From assembly GCA_035291665.1 (NCBI GenBank), contig DATDRP010000006.1:145255-209254 (forward strand): a stretch of DNA of 64,000 nt. Direction: 5' to 3'. This DNA comes from Patescibacteria group bacterium (GTDB taxonomy: Bacteria > Patescibacteriota > Microgenomatia > UBA8517). Made by a program: the position numbers and the translations under genes. A model generated the notes under the pieces. It searched no databases. It was not told the DNA's origin and was given only the letters and a program-made list of their open reading frames with translations. Below are positions 7,865 through 17,242 of this stretch, in pieces; position 1 is the first letter of the stretch; every line of letters starts with the position of its first letter.

Positions 7865-9295
7865 TTACTGGGCTTTTTCTTCAGTCCAGGATATGAATTC
7901 GTACTGACCCGAAGTTGGAAAATAAGGTGGAGGATTGTATAAAACATTTGTATCGTAATTGATCTCCCTCTGACGGAATCCGGACTCCGGACCTTCGCCG
8001 AAATTCCAATAGGACTTGAAATAAGATATGACTGAACCGTTTAATATTAGTTTTTGTTTAACAGCCTCATCCGTTCCCCCGCACCAATTGAAATAACCGT
8101 GACGTATTATTGTTCCCTGTTGTGTTAAAAGTACACCGTCGACCTGAAACTCCTCGGGTACGCTTCTTGTAAAATAAATATCGTTTTGGGATACGATACC
8201 GATAACATCGCTGCCGTCGTAGGCGGTATATTTTATGCTATTTGGTATATATATTACTGAACTGCTCGATTTGAGGGGAAAATCAACTGCAGCTACTGTA
8301 AGTCTTCCCCTGACCGTTCCTTCAATCCACAAGTCATCTTCAGCAAAAATAATCGGGACATCAACTACATTATAAGTACCCAAGAAGGTTTCGGAGCCAA
8401 TAATCTGGTAACTTTTCCGGCATCCTCCTATTCCGAATTCACCCAATCCCTGTCCGGGAACTGAATAAGCTTTCGTATAATCCGTAGAAATAACTTTATT
8501 AATTCTGACCGTTCCGTCACTCAGAAATAGTAAGTGATAGCCATCCGCGTTTGAATTATCAAGGTATAGTCCGTCGGATTTTGCGAAGTTTCTCATGTTT
8601 GAAAAGTCAACCGCAACGCTGTCAAAATCAACAAATGGAACGGGAAATTGCCAAAGTGCCTGGTCCCCGCCGGATCCCCATACACCATCCTTCGGTTCCG
8701 GGGGGTGACAGCCGGTCTCAGACCCGCACATGTATTCAAGCTGGGCACTGGAGACTATGGACGTATTTGTTCCATCCATTCTTATACCGTTGTTTGAATG
8801 TATTTTTCCGTTGACAACTGATCCTGATCCATACCAAGTACTTCCGTTTGACAAGAAAGAATAGATCGCCATTGAGGGAATTCCGTATTGAGCTTTAATT
8901 TTACGTTTTATTTTTGGATATTGATCGCTCCACGCAGTTGATTCGATGGTGACTATGGTTGAACCCTCCTGTGGAGGTGTTATTTCTAGGCTGTAATATC
9001 CCATTAAGGTTCCTTGGGGATCTTTGTATTCATGAACAAACGGGCCGTAGGGTACAGGTGTCACAGGAGTTCCCGTGCCATCGGTAAAATCATCAGGATC
9101 ATGTGCAAGATGCCATTTATAGTAATTTATACCGGCTTCTGAAATATTGAGGGCGCGTTCAGATGCAATTTGCCTGTTTGAGCTGTCGACTTGAACACCC
9201 AAAACGAACAACATGCCATAGATTATTATTATGAACGAGGCCGTAATAATAAGAATGGCCGGTGTTGCAAAACCGTTGTGTGTATTTTTTAACAT
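7865..9295 (-). CDS. Large pilus-associated protein with PilX_N-like N-terminus
   Basis: N-terminal hydrophobic helix followed by RALNISEAGINYY, as in PilX N-terminal domains. It is the last gene of the pseudopilin operon. 476 aa. Confidence 0.6.
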   Translation of the reverse strand: MLKNTHNGFATPAILIITASFIIIIYGMLFVLGVQVDSSNRQIASERALNISEAGINYYKWHLAHDPDDFTDGTGTPVTPVPYGPFVHEYKDPQGTLMGYYSLEITPPQEGSTIVTIESTAWSDQYPKIKRKIKAQYGIPSMAIYSFLSNGSTWYGSGSVVNGKIHSNNGIRMDGTNTSIVSSAQLEYMCGSETGCHPPEPKDGVWGSGGDQALWQFPVPFVDFDSVAVDFSNMRNFAKSDGLYLDNSNADGYHLLFLSDGTVRINKVISTDYTKAYSVPGQGLGEFGIGGCRKSYQIIGSETFLGTYNVVDVPIIFAEDDLWIEGTVRGRLTVAAVDFPLKSSSSVIYIPNSIKYTAYDGSDVIGIVSQNDIYFTRSVPEEFQVDGVLLTQQGTIIRHGYFNWCGGTDEAVKQKLILNGSVISYFKSYWNFGEGPESGFRQREINYDTNVLYNPPPYFPTSGQYEFISWTEEKAQ

Positions 9296-9345
9296 TTTCT
9301 GGTTTACATTAAGTATAAAATAATTGCAAACGTATAGGATGCTAG

Positions 9346-9957
9346 CTAAAGGTTATCTTTTAACATCCTGATGTTTGATATTGATTCAACTTCATAACCA
9401 TTAGCGGTATCACCGTTTTTGACAAGGAGATAAATTTTTACACTTCTGGTATCAGCAAGTCGATTAGTCATCCCGAGGGGGTTATTGATAATATCTTCCG
9501 GCCAATCGGCGTTGTAATAGTAAAAAACGGGAGTTTCGTTATAGATATTTTCGTTAAGCGTAATTACTGTTTCTGTATCCTGGTTATACTGTGCAGGATA
9601 ACCGGAAGGTTCAATAACACCTTTGTATAAATTGTGTTCATTTAAAAAATAACGGACTTTTTCTGTGCTTCCGTCAAGATCGATATCGGAGTAAAAACCG
9701 ATACTTTGGTCATCTACGTTGAACAAAGAATATGCTCCGTTGTCGCTGGTTTTTGCAGCCCGAATCTCTTTTATAAAAGTTGAAATAATCAAGTTTGCCT
9801 CATCAACGGATTTATAGCTTCTGGTTACCAGTATTTGGTTTTGGGTAAGAATATATTGAAGAGATACCAAACCAATTCCGATAAATGACAGGATTGTTAC
9901 GGCAATTAAAACCTCGATTAAAGAAATTCCTTTTTGTTTTGTTTTTATAGACATCAT
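9346..9957 (-). CDS. Minor pilin / pseudopilin (prepilin-type N-terminal methylation domain)
   Basis: KQKG|ISLIEVLIAVTIL class III signal with Glu at +5. Confidence 0.75.
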   Translation of the reverse strand: MMSIKTKQKGISLIEVLIAVTILSFIGIGLVSLQYILTQNQILVTRSYKSVDEANLIISTFIKEIRAAKTSDNGAYSLFNVDDQSIGFYSDIDLDGSTEKVRYFLNEHNLYKGVIEPSGYPAQYNQDTETVITLNENIYNETPVFYYYNADWPEDIINNPLGMTNRLADTRSVKIYLLVKNGDTANGYEVESISNIRMLKDNL

Positions 9958-11297
9958 TAAATTGGACTTAGGACAATAGTTTCATTTTTATACCCGTAGA
10001 CATCAACTGTTCCGTTAAAGTTGAAATATCCTGATTTGGTAGCTTCGATTGAATAAATTTTTTTCTGCAGGTCCGAAAAAAAGACTTGACCAAAATCAAT
10101 ATTATCTTCAAGTCCGCTCGAAGCAGTGGCATTGAAAACTGGTGCCGTATTATATAAACGTGCGGAAACTGAGGCGATCTGGTTTTCAGATGGATCTAGA
10201 AAAGTGATTAACACACTGTCGCTTGTATGATCTGTGACTGCAAAATTAACAGTATTTACGGTATCCGCAAGAACTTTTATCGGCAGGAACGGGTTAATAG
10301 CTTCAATGTCTCCGACGGAAGAATCTATTGTGATATGGTAGTTGTCCCACTCCAAATCCGGTAATTGAAAATGACCGGATGCGTCGGTAGCGAATTGTTC
10401 AGTATATTTATAAATCGGTTGATCGCTAGTATCTGTTCCGATAGTTTTTTCTCCCTGTATGGTGAATTCAACATTGCCTAAGGCTCCAAAACCGCTGACT
10501 GCGTCATCATGGGAAAATACATCTAATGTGCTGGTTTTATCAATGGAGAAAGAAATTTCTGTTAGCTGTCCCTGGAGTACGGTAAGATTAGGTTTGTTGG
10601 GATTTTCAACCTCTGTGGGAGAATAAGTCTGTTCTGAACTGTATCCCGATTTCGAAGTTAAGACTTGATAGCAAGGTGTTGTACAAACTGGAGCACCGGG
10701 TAAAATTACCCGACCGTTATCTGCTGTTAAAAGTGTCACATCTATTTGAGGAGTTGTGGTTGTTGCAATAATGTGTACGCTGGCTTGGTTTACAGGCTGA
10801 GCGTCGGAGTTTATAACGATGATGGATAAAGTTCCTCCGGTAACTGTTGATTCAATACCCGATGGCGATATGTCAGTAACCAACCTGATCGGGTTTCTTT
10901 GAGAGGTGATTTGCCCTTCCCATGAGGCATCAATTGTAATTCTTTTGTAATCAGTTGCCAATAAATCTGCCGGTGCTTGCTGGTCGAACGGATCATCAAT
11001 ATAAAGGATTGTTGTTTTAATATAATAATTTGCACCGTTGATATTTATCGTTTCATTCTGAGGAATATTACCCGGGGGAATTCCTCCGATTGTGCCGATA
11101 GAATCATAAGGGAGATTTCTTATCGTCTCCATCTTTTCTTGAGCGAGGTGTTTTGCATTAATACGGGAACTGTTATAGGTACTCACAGAATAAGAAGTTG
11201 TAACAAGAGTAAAAAGCGCCTGAGCAAGAATCGAAAATAAGGCTAACGAAATCAAAACACTTATCAAAACAGATCCTCTACTGACAATAGATTTCAT
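9957..11297 (-). CDS. Pseudopilin-like protein with beta-sandwich (carboxypeptidase-regulatory-like) repeats
   Basis: MKSIVSRGSVLISVLISLALFSILAQ resembles a PilV-type N-terminus but has Ser instead of Glu at +5. The ATG at 11297 is preferred. The ORF-track start at 11423 adds 42 aa that overlap a repeat and likely promoter DNA. Confidence 0.55.
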   Translation of the reverse strand: MKSIVSRGSVLISVLISLALFSILAQALFTLVTTSYSVSTYNSSRINAKHLAQEKMETIRNLPYDSIGTIGGIPPGNIPQNETININGANYYIKTTILYIDDPFDQQAPADLLATDYKRITIDASWEGQITSQRNPIRLVTDISPSGIESTVTGGTLSIIVINSDAQPVNQASVHIIATTTTPQIDVTLLTADNGRVILPGAPVCTTPCYQVLTSKSGYSSEQTYSPTEVENPNKPNLTVLQGQLTEISFSIDKTSTLDVFSHDDAVSGFGALGNVEFTIQGEKTIGTDTSDQPIYKYTEQFATDASGHFQLPDLEWDNYHITIDSSVGDIEAINPFLPIKVLADTVNTVNFAVTDHTSDSVLITFLDPSENQIASVSARLYNTAPVFNATASSGLEDNIDFGQVFFSDLQKKIYSIEATKSGYFNFNGTVDVYGYKNETIVLSPI

Positions 11298-11427
11298 GGG
11301 CAGGTACATTGATATAAAGTATAGCATTTGGCATAATGGTAGAAAGAAGATGCTCAAAACTATTGTTTTGGACGTTTTGGTTTGGTTAGAAAAAATATAA
11401 TTAGGTAGTATGGTTATTTTCAAATTT

Positions 11428-11453
11428 CTTAATATCTTAGTATCTTAATATCT
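11428..11453 (+). repeat. CTTAATATC-type 26-nt repeat (partner at 1161-1186)
   Basis: CTTAATATCTTAGTATCTTAATATCT lies in the divergent intergenic region of the pilus locus. Confidence 0.65.
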
Positions 11454-11468
11454 AATGCAAGTCCTGCC

Positions 11469-12863
11469 ATGGTAAGAAGATCATTCGTTTCAATATATTT
11501 CTTGAATAGTCAGTTCCAGCTGGTTATTCTTTCCGGATCAAAGAAAAAAGTTCAAAAGTATACAACGATTGATTTACCCGAAGGACTGATTTTGAATCAT
11601 GAAGTTCAAGATCCGAAACTCCTTGGTGAAATTCTTAAGAAAGTTTGGGCTAAATACAAAATCAAAGAAAAAAGTGTGGGAATAGTCGTTCCGGAGTTTT
11701 CCACATTCACAAAAAGCTTTAACCTGCCCGATCTTGCTGAAGACGAACTTGATGAAGCAGTAAGATGGCAATCATTAGACTATATTCCGTTGAATCAAAA
11801 TGAGATGGTGCTGGATTGGAAGGTAATTAAACGTACGGAAGCTTCTGTTCAGGTGTTGGCAGTTGCAATAAAGGACAATATTCTCAAAGGTTATGTTGAT
11901 GCAACAGCCCTAGCCGGTCTTTACCCCTTAGTTGTTGAAACACCTTCAATTTCCCTGACGCGTATTAGCGGTGAGAAGGGTGAAAAAATTATTATATTTT
12001 TCTCATTCGATGAAGTTATTATTGTCTTGGCTGATGGCCAAAGTATAATTTCGAGTTCGGTGCTGCATTCCTCCGCTTCGGCACAGGACATCGTACGGAC
12101 CTCCCAGCGGATGACTGCACACTATCAGGATATTTCCATCAAAGAAGTTTATCTTGGAGGTGTAATTTCATCTCAGGAAATTGTTAATCAAGTGGTAACG
12201 GGCTTAAACCTCAAAGCGGTAAAAATTGGGATTAAGGAAATTTCATTTAATGACTCGGAACTTCAAAAATATCTGATTCCGATTTCGCTTCAATTCAAAG
12301 ATCCTGCTGAACCATCAAGTTCAGAAACAATTAACTTATTGCCGGGCGCCGTTGTTTCAAAATATGAAAAGAAAAGATTAAGTGTTCAACTTTGGAGTTT
12401 GATGATGATTACGACTGTGATAATAGTCGTAAGTTTTTTAGCACTTCTGGGAAGTTATATGTACATTATTCAGAACCAGTCTTTTTACAACAATAAAAAT
12501 GAATCCGAAGTTGCAACGTACGGGAAAAACAAAGACGCATTGGAACAGATAAAAACCATCAATTTATCGTCCGATAGGGTTAAAAGTATTTTTAATCTTA
12601 TGCTGTATCCGCAGGATGTTTTAAACCTTGTAAAGAGTGCTGATCAGGAAGGTATACGTGTGATAAATTATAAAATTGATTTTGAAAAAAGGACAGCGCT
12701 CATACAGGGTGTTGCATCAACCAGAGATAATTTGCTGGATTTTAAAACCAGCCTGGAAAAAATGGAAGGAATTTCCGAAGTAAAGCTTCCCCTTTCAAGT
12801 TTTGAAAAAGAAACGGATTTAGAATTCAATATTTCGTTTACGTTTTTGCGTCAAAAAAAATAA
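11469..12863 (+). CDS. pilM: PilM-like actin-fold protein fused to a PilN-like TM/periplasmic segment
   Basis: N-terminal region typical of PilM (GIVVPEFSTFTKSFNLPDL..DELDEAVRWQSLDYIPL). A TM helix (LWSLMMITTVIIVVSFLALLG) follows INLLP, as in PilN. Confidence 0.7.
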   Translation: MVRRSFVSIYFLNSQFQLVILSGSKKKVQKYTTIDLPEGLILNHEVQDPKLLGEILKKVWAKYKIKEKSVGIVVPEFSTFTKSFNLPDLAEDELDEAVRWQSLDYIPLNQNEMVLDWKVIKRTEASVQVLAVAIKDNILKGYVDATALAGLYPLVVETPSISLTRISGEKGEKIIIFFSFDEVIIVLADGQSIISSSVLHSSASAQDIVRTSQRMTAHYQDISIKEVYLGGVISSQEIVNQVVTGLNLKAVKIGIKEISFNDSELQKYLIPISLQFKDPAEPSSSETINLLPGAVVSKYEKKRLSVQLWSLMMITTVIIVVSFLALLGSYMYIIQNQSFYNNKNESEVATYGKNKDALEQIKTINLSSDRVKSIFNLMLYPQDVLNLVKSADQEGIRVINYKIDFEKRTALIQGVASTRDNLLDFKTSLEKMEGISEVKLPLSSFEKETDLEFNISFTFLRQKK

Positions 12864-12869
12864 ATTAAT

Positions 12870-13487
12870 ATGAATGGAAAAAAGAGTGATGAACAACAAT
12901 TGAAAGCTAATAACAGCGGTGAACGGGATATGAAGCAGGTTAAAGAGAAAGTTCAAAAACCGAAAAAGACGATAAATTTTCTTTTGGTCTTCCTCTTTAT
13001 TAACTTGATTATTTTATTGGGCTCTTTATATCTGATTTATGATCTGCCTCGAAAGGCTGAGGTTTTGAAATCCGCAAAAATCGAAGCATTAAAGATTGAA
13101 GAAAGCAGCAAGGTGGATTTAACAGGTCTAGAGATAATCCAAAATAAAAAAAACTGGGAAATATTAAAAAGCTATTTCCCGGATGAAGTTGGTGTTATCA
13201 AATTTATTACCGATCTGGAAACTTTGAAGAAGAATGAAATTATTAAGGACATGTCATTCGTCAGCCAGGATGCCGTTAGGGATAAAACCGGAGCTTTGGG
13301 AATTCCGTTTATAATGGAAATTGAAGGAAGTTGGGACAAAGTAGACGCAGCTTTAAAGGATTTTTATGATTTACCGTATTTGGTGAGAGTGATTAATGTT
13401 GACGCAACTGTCCTTGAGGATGGGAGTGTAAACTTTAAATTTGGGGGTTTTATATATGTCTCAGAGAGCCTTGACAAAAATAGATAG
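12870..13487 (+). CDS. PilO-like bitopic membrane protein (assigned by position)
   Basis: Single N-terminal TM followed by a soluble domain, located between pilMN and the pilin. No strong motif. Confidence 0.4.
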   Translation: MNGKKSDEQQLKANNSGERDMKQVKEKVQKPKKTINFLLVFLFINLIILLGSLYLIYDLPRKAEVLKSAKIEALKIEESSKVDLTGLEIIQNKKNWEILKSYFPDEVGVIKFITDLETLKKNEIIKDMSFVSQDAVRDKTGALGIPFIMEIEGSWDKVDAALKDFYDLPYLVRVINVDATVLEDGSVNFKFGGFIYVSESLDKNR

Positions 13488-13689
13488 TTTTTTCTTTCTG
13501 TTCATTGGGGTAATGATAGTATTGGCTATCTTTGTTGTTGTGGCTTTCAAGGAAATATTTTCATCCATTCGAACGAGTTCCGATGTGACCGTTTCACTTT
13601 CGGAAAATGAATTGAAAGTTGATAAAAATAAATTACAGGAAGCTGTAAGTTTGATTGAATCTAAGGATGTTGTAGAATTAAAAAAGTAA
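13456..13689 (+). CDS. Small bitopic membrane protein
   Basis: ATG at 13456. TM segment FFFLFIGVMIVLAIFVVVAF. Overlaps the upstream gene end and abuts the pilin start. Confidence 0.4.
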   Translation: MSQRALTKIDSFFFLFIGVMIVLAIFVVVAFKEIFSSIRTSSDVTVSLSENELKVDKNKLQEAVSLIESKDVVELKK

Positions 13690-14147
13690 TGAAAAATAAA
13701 TTTAAAGCCTTTACTTTAATTGAACTTTTGATTGTAATTTCGATTATCGGACTACTGGCAACAACAATGGTCATTGCCATTAACCCTTCAAAACAATTAG
13801 CAAAAGCCAGGGATGGACAGAGAGAAGGTGATGTCTATTCAATTTTTTCCTATGTTCAGCAATACAAATCAGAACACAATGGAACATTACCCGATACTGA
13901 CGGAGATCCGGAAACGAATAATTTTCCCACAAGCTTGACTTGTATTGGATCGTCGGGAGGGTGCTTTAACCTTGCAGGAGCCGGTGACGATGATGAATCA
14001 ATAGTGCCTGACTATGCAGCAGCGCTCCCAACTGATCCGAAGACAGGAAGTGGAGTAAATACAGGTTATTTGATTATGGTTGATGCTTATGGCCACATTA
14101 CCGCATCCGCCTCAGGTGAAACAAAGACAATCAGCATAACGAGGTAG
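13689..14147 (+). CDS. pilA: Type IV pilin (candidate major pilin)
   Basis: MKNKFKA|FTLIELLIVISIIGLLA prepilin signal with Glu at +5, and a C-terminal Cys pair (CIGSSGGC). Confidence 0.85.
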   Translation: MKNKFKAFTLIELLIVISIIGLLATTMVIAINPSKQLAKARDGQREGDVYSIFSYVQQYKSEHNGTLPDTDGDPETNNFPTSLTCIGSSGGCFNLAGAGDDDESIVPDYAAALPTDPKTGSGVNTGYLIMVDAYGHITASASGETKTISITR

Positions 14148-14304
14148 AATAATTTTTACGATTAATTACCTCTCTTTCCGAGTTTACCAAACCGGTATGA
14201 CTTTCATCATATTTACCAAACTACTTCAGGTCAGTGTAATAGTATAAAATAAATTTATATATGCGCTTTGAAATGATTCGTAACTTAAGTATTATTAAAT
14301 AACC

Positions 14305-15165
14305 GTGGGAAATTTCTTTAAACGGGTAATGAATGAATTGGTCTATGGAGGCCATCTGCTGTCTTTAGGGGCTTCCGGTATTGTTTGGTCGGTAATACTT
14401 CTGAACGGATCGGATGGCGGATTCCCAATAGTAGTTTTAGCATATTTGATTTCACAACTGGTTTATAACATTGACCATTTGAAAGAAGAGAAGATTGTTA
14501 GTAGTCAAGGAAACGCCGAGAGGACTTCTTACTTGGAGAAAACAAGAAAAAAACAAGTATTTGCGTTAATGATATATGTCGCTTTATTCATAGCCTTTGG
14601 AGTCTTATCTCCTCTTCCGGTTTTTCTTTTATCATCCTCAATAGTTCTGGGAGGGATCCTTTATACATTGAAACTAAAAAAGATGATGAAAGAAATTGTC
14701 GGTTTAAAAAATATCTATATATCCTTTTTTTGGGGTGTTTTAAGTTTTTTGGTACCTTTGTATTATTTCCTTAATCCGCTGAACCCGGTTTTTATATCGA
14801 TTTCATTATTCATTTTTCTTAGATGGATTGTTAATTCAACCTTTTTTGATTTGAAAGATATTGAAAGCGATAAAAAAATTAACATAAAAACCCTACCAGT
14901 AGTTTTTGGATTTACAAAAACAATAAATTATTTACATCTCTTTAATATATTTTCCGGATTAGCTCTTATATTATTTGTCTATTTTTCTGTTTTACCGACA
15001 TATACCATTGTTTTATTATTTTTATGGATATACAGCATGTTTTATCTTGCCAGAGCTAAGTATTTAACTGATAAAGATTTACGCAGTTTGTCTTATATTG
15101 TTGTTGATGGTGAATATATTTTATGGCCATTCGCCATATTAATTGGGAAGTACCTGTTTGAATAG
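14305..15165 (+). CDS. UbiA-family prenyltransferase
   Basis: Polytopic membrane protein with an N/D-rich first motif (YNIDHLKEE) and a second motif (FFDLKDIESDKK). GTG start. Confidence 0.65.
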   Translation: MGNFFKRVMNELVYGGHLLSLGASGIVWSVILLNGSDGGFPIVVLAYLISQLVYNIDHLKEEKIVSSQGNAERTSYLEKTRKKQVFALMIYVALFIAFGVLSPLPVFLLSSSIVLGGILYTLKLKKMMKEIVGLKNIYISFFWGVLSFLVPLYYFLNPLNPVFISISLFIFLRWIVNSTFFDLKDIESDKKINIKTLPVVFGFTKTINYLHLFNIFSGLALILFVYFSVLPTYTIVLLFLWIYSMFYLARAKYLTDKDLRSLSYIVVDGEYILWPFAILIGKYLFE

Positions 15166-15170
15166 TATTT

Positions 15171-16766
15171 ATGAATACAAATATTTTCGTCCAGATTGTA
15201 CTGGTATCGATTAATGCATTTGGGTTAGTCCTCGCCTGGTGGATTCTTCGTGGCGGAAACTCTAAACAATTGAAATTATGGTTCTCTCTTATGACAATAT
15301 TTATACTTTTGTGGGCTAATTTTTCTTATTTTGGTTCGACCGCCAGGAGTGTGTCTACTGGACTATTGTTTTACAGATTAAATTGGGCGGCGGTTTCGTT
15401 ATTTCTACCGTCATTTTTTTATTTTTTTGTAATTTATTTTCTTCTCAAAAGCCACTTGGCTAGTAAAATCGGAATTATAATATTTATTTTATCAATAATA
15501 TTTTTTATTCTTTCGCTTTTTACAGGATTGATTATTAAAGATGTAGTTCAACAAAGCTGGGGTATGGGGATAGTATTCGGACCCCTTTCTGATTATTTCA
15601 ATATCTTCTCAGCAATAGTTGCCATAATTGTTATTACCTATAGTGTGCAAAGTTATAAATCATTATCTAAAGAAATGAAAGTGAAACTAAATTATTTTCT
15701 GGCTGGTATTTTTGTCTTTATAACTGCAAATTTGGTATTTAATGTTGGCTTACAAGTAATTTTCCAGAGTGTAAGATTTCAAATCTATGGAGATTTTTCT
15801 GCGATATTCTTTTTAGTTTTTACAGCCTATGCGATCGTGAAGTATGAACTTTTTGATATAAAAATTATCGCAACTGAAGGTTTAACAGCAGTATTATGGA
15901 TAGTCTTACTTGCTAAAACGTTTGTATCAGAATCTCCGGTACAACTACTAATAAATATTCTTATATTTCTTTTAACCGTAATTTTCGGAGTGCTTTTAAT
16001 AAAAAGTGTCACGCGTGAGGTTAAACAAAGACAACTTCTCGAAGAACTCAATAAAAAGTTGAAAGAGCTTGACAAACAGAAAGATGAATTTGTGAGTATG
16101 GCGGCTCACGAACTTCGTTCCCCGTTAACCGCCATCAAAGGATATGTTTCGATGATTATGGAAGGCGATACAGGTGATATTCCCGAAAAAGCCAGACAAT
16201 ATCTTGCCGATAGCATGGCGGTTACTGACCGGCTTGTTCGTTTGGTCAATAATATGCTCAATGTTTCAAGAATAGAGGAAGGACGGATTGTTTATCAGAT
16301 GGAAGAGACCCATCTTATACGTGCCGTTCAGGAGGTTTATTATTCGTATCGGATTGAAGCAGAAAGAAAAGGGATTGAAATTGTAATGAATATACCCAAC
16401 GGTTTGGATGATGTTGTGTACGTGGACCCCGACAGAATTCGTGAGGTGATCGGGAATATAGTAAGTAATGCTGTAAAGTTTACGGAAAAAGGGAAAATTG
16501 AAATTTCAATAGGGAATCCCCGGAAGGGTGTGGTCAGGGTGGATGTTTCCGACACAGGTCCCGGAATTACCGAAGAAGAGCAAAAAAAATTATTTGTAAA
16601 GTTTTATCGTGCAGAGTCTACAGCCGGTAAAACTTTCGGTACCGGACTCGGGCTTTATATAACAAAGCTTCTGATTGATAATTTCGGTGGTGTGATCGGA
16701 GTTGAGTCACAAATTGATAAAGGAACAACCTTCTGGTTTGAATTACCTGTCAGAAAGCAGGTATAA
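15171..16766 (+). CDS. Sensor histidine kinase with polytopic N-terminal sensor
   Basis: About 8 TM segments, then H-box SMAAHELRSPLTAI, N-box NAVKFT, G1 DTGPGI and G2 GTGLGLYI. Confidence 0.9.
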   Translation: MNTNIFVQIVLVSINAFGLVLAWWILRGGNSKQLKLWFSLMTIFILLWANFSYFGSTARSVSTGLLFYRLNWAAVSLFLPSFFYFFVIYFLLKSHLASKIGIIIFILSIIFFILSLFTGLIIKDVVQQSWGMGIVFGPLSDYFNIFSAIVAIIVITYSVQSYKSLSKEMKVKLNYFLAGIFVFITANLVFNVGLQVIFQSVRFQIYGDFSAIFFLVFTAYAIVKYELFDIKIIATEGLTAVLWIVLLAKTFVSESPVQLLINILIFLLTVIFGVLLIKSVTREVKQRQLLEELNKKLKELDKQKDEFVSMAAHELRSPLTAIKGYVSMIMEGDTGDIPEKARQYLADSMAVTDRLVRLVNNMLNVSRIEEGRIVYQMEETHLIRAVQEVYYSYRIEAERKGIEIVMNIPNGLDDVVYVDPDRIREVIGNIVSNAVKFTEKGKIEISIGNPRKGVVRVDVSDTGPGITEEEQKKLFVKFYRAESTAGKTFGTGLGLYITKLLIDNFGGVIGVESQIDKGTTFWFELPVRKQV

Positions 16767-16778
16767 TTACAACACAGT

Positions 16779-17207
16779 ATGATGCAGGATGATTCTCAAG
16801 GATTGGGAGCACCCGCGGTTACAATACCGCAGTCGCAGGACCGTAAAAAAATTCTTCTTATCGAAGACGATCCGTTTCTTCTTCAAATGTATAATGACAA
16901 ATTTGTTAATGAGGGATATGAGGTAAATGTTGCCCATGATGGACTCGAAGGGCTAAAAATGCTCAATGAGAAGCAGGTGGACTTGGTACTTTTGGATATT
17001 TTGATACCGAAACTTTCGGGAGTTGATTTATTGACCAAAATAAAAGAAGACCCGAAGTTGCAAAAAATGCCGATTATTGCCCTTACCAATCTTTCAAACG
17101 TAAAAGAGGAACAGGATGTCAAAGCAAAGGGTGTGAATGAATATTTAATAAAATCTGATTATACCCCCACGCAAGTTGTTGAAATTGTGAAGAAATATCT
17201 CCCGTGA
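16779..17207 (+). CDS. Receiver-only response regulator (CheY-like)
   Basis: ILLIEDD...DLVLLDILIPKLSG...ALTNL...KS receiver signature. 142 aa with no output domain. Confidence 0.85.
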   Translation: MMQDDSQGLGAPAVTIPQSQDRKKILLIEDDPFLLQMYNDKFVNEGYEVNVAHDGLEGLKMLNEKQVDLVLLDILIPKLSGVDLLTKIKEDPKLQKMPIIALTNLSNVKEEQDVKAKGVNEYLIKSDYTPTQVVEIVKKYLP

Positions 17208-17242
17208 CAGCCTTTTTTAGAAAGTGAGTCTTAAATGGAAAT

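Noticed and set aside
9957-11423. Full-length 488-aa version of the pseudopilin-like ORF
   Set aside because: The first 42 codons are AT-rich, overlap the 26-nt intergenic repeat and likely divergent promoter DNA, and precede a perfectly placed prepilin-like N-terminus starting at the ATG at 11297.
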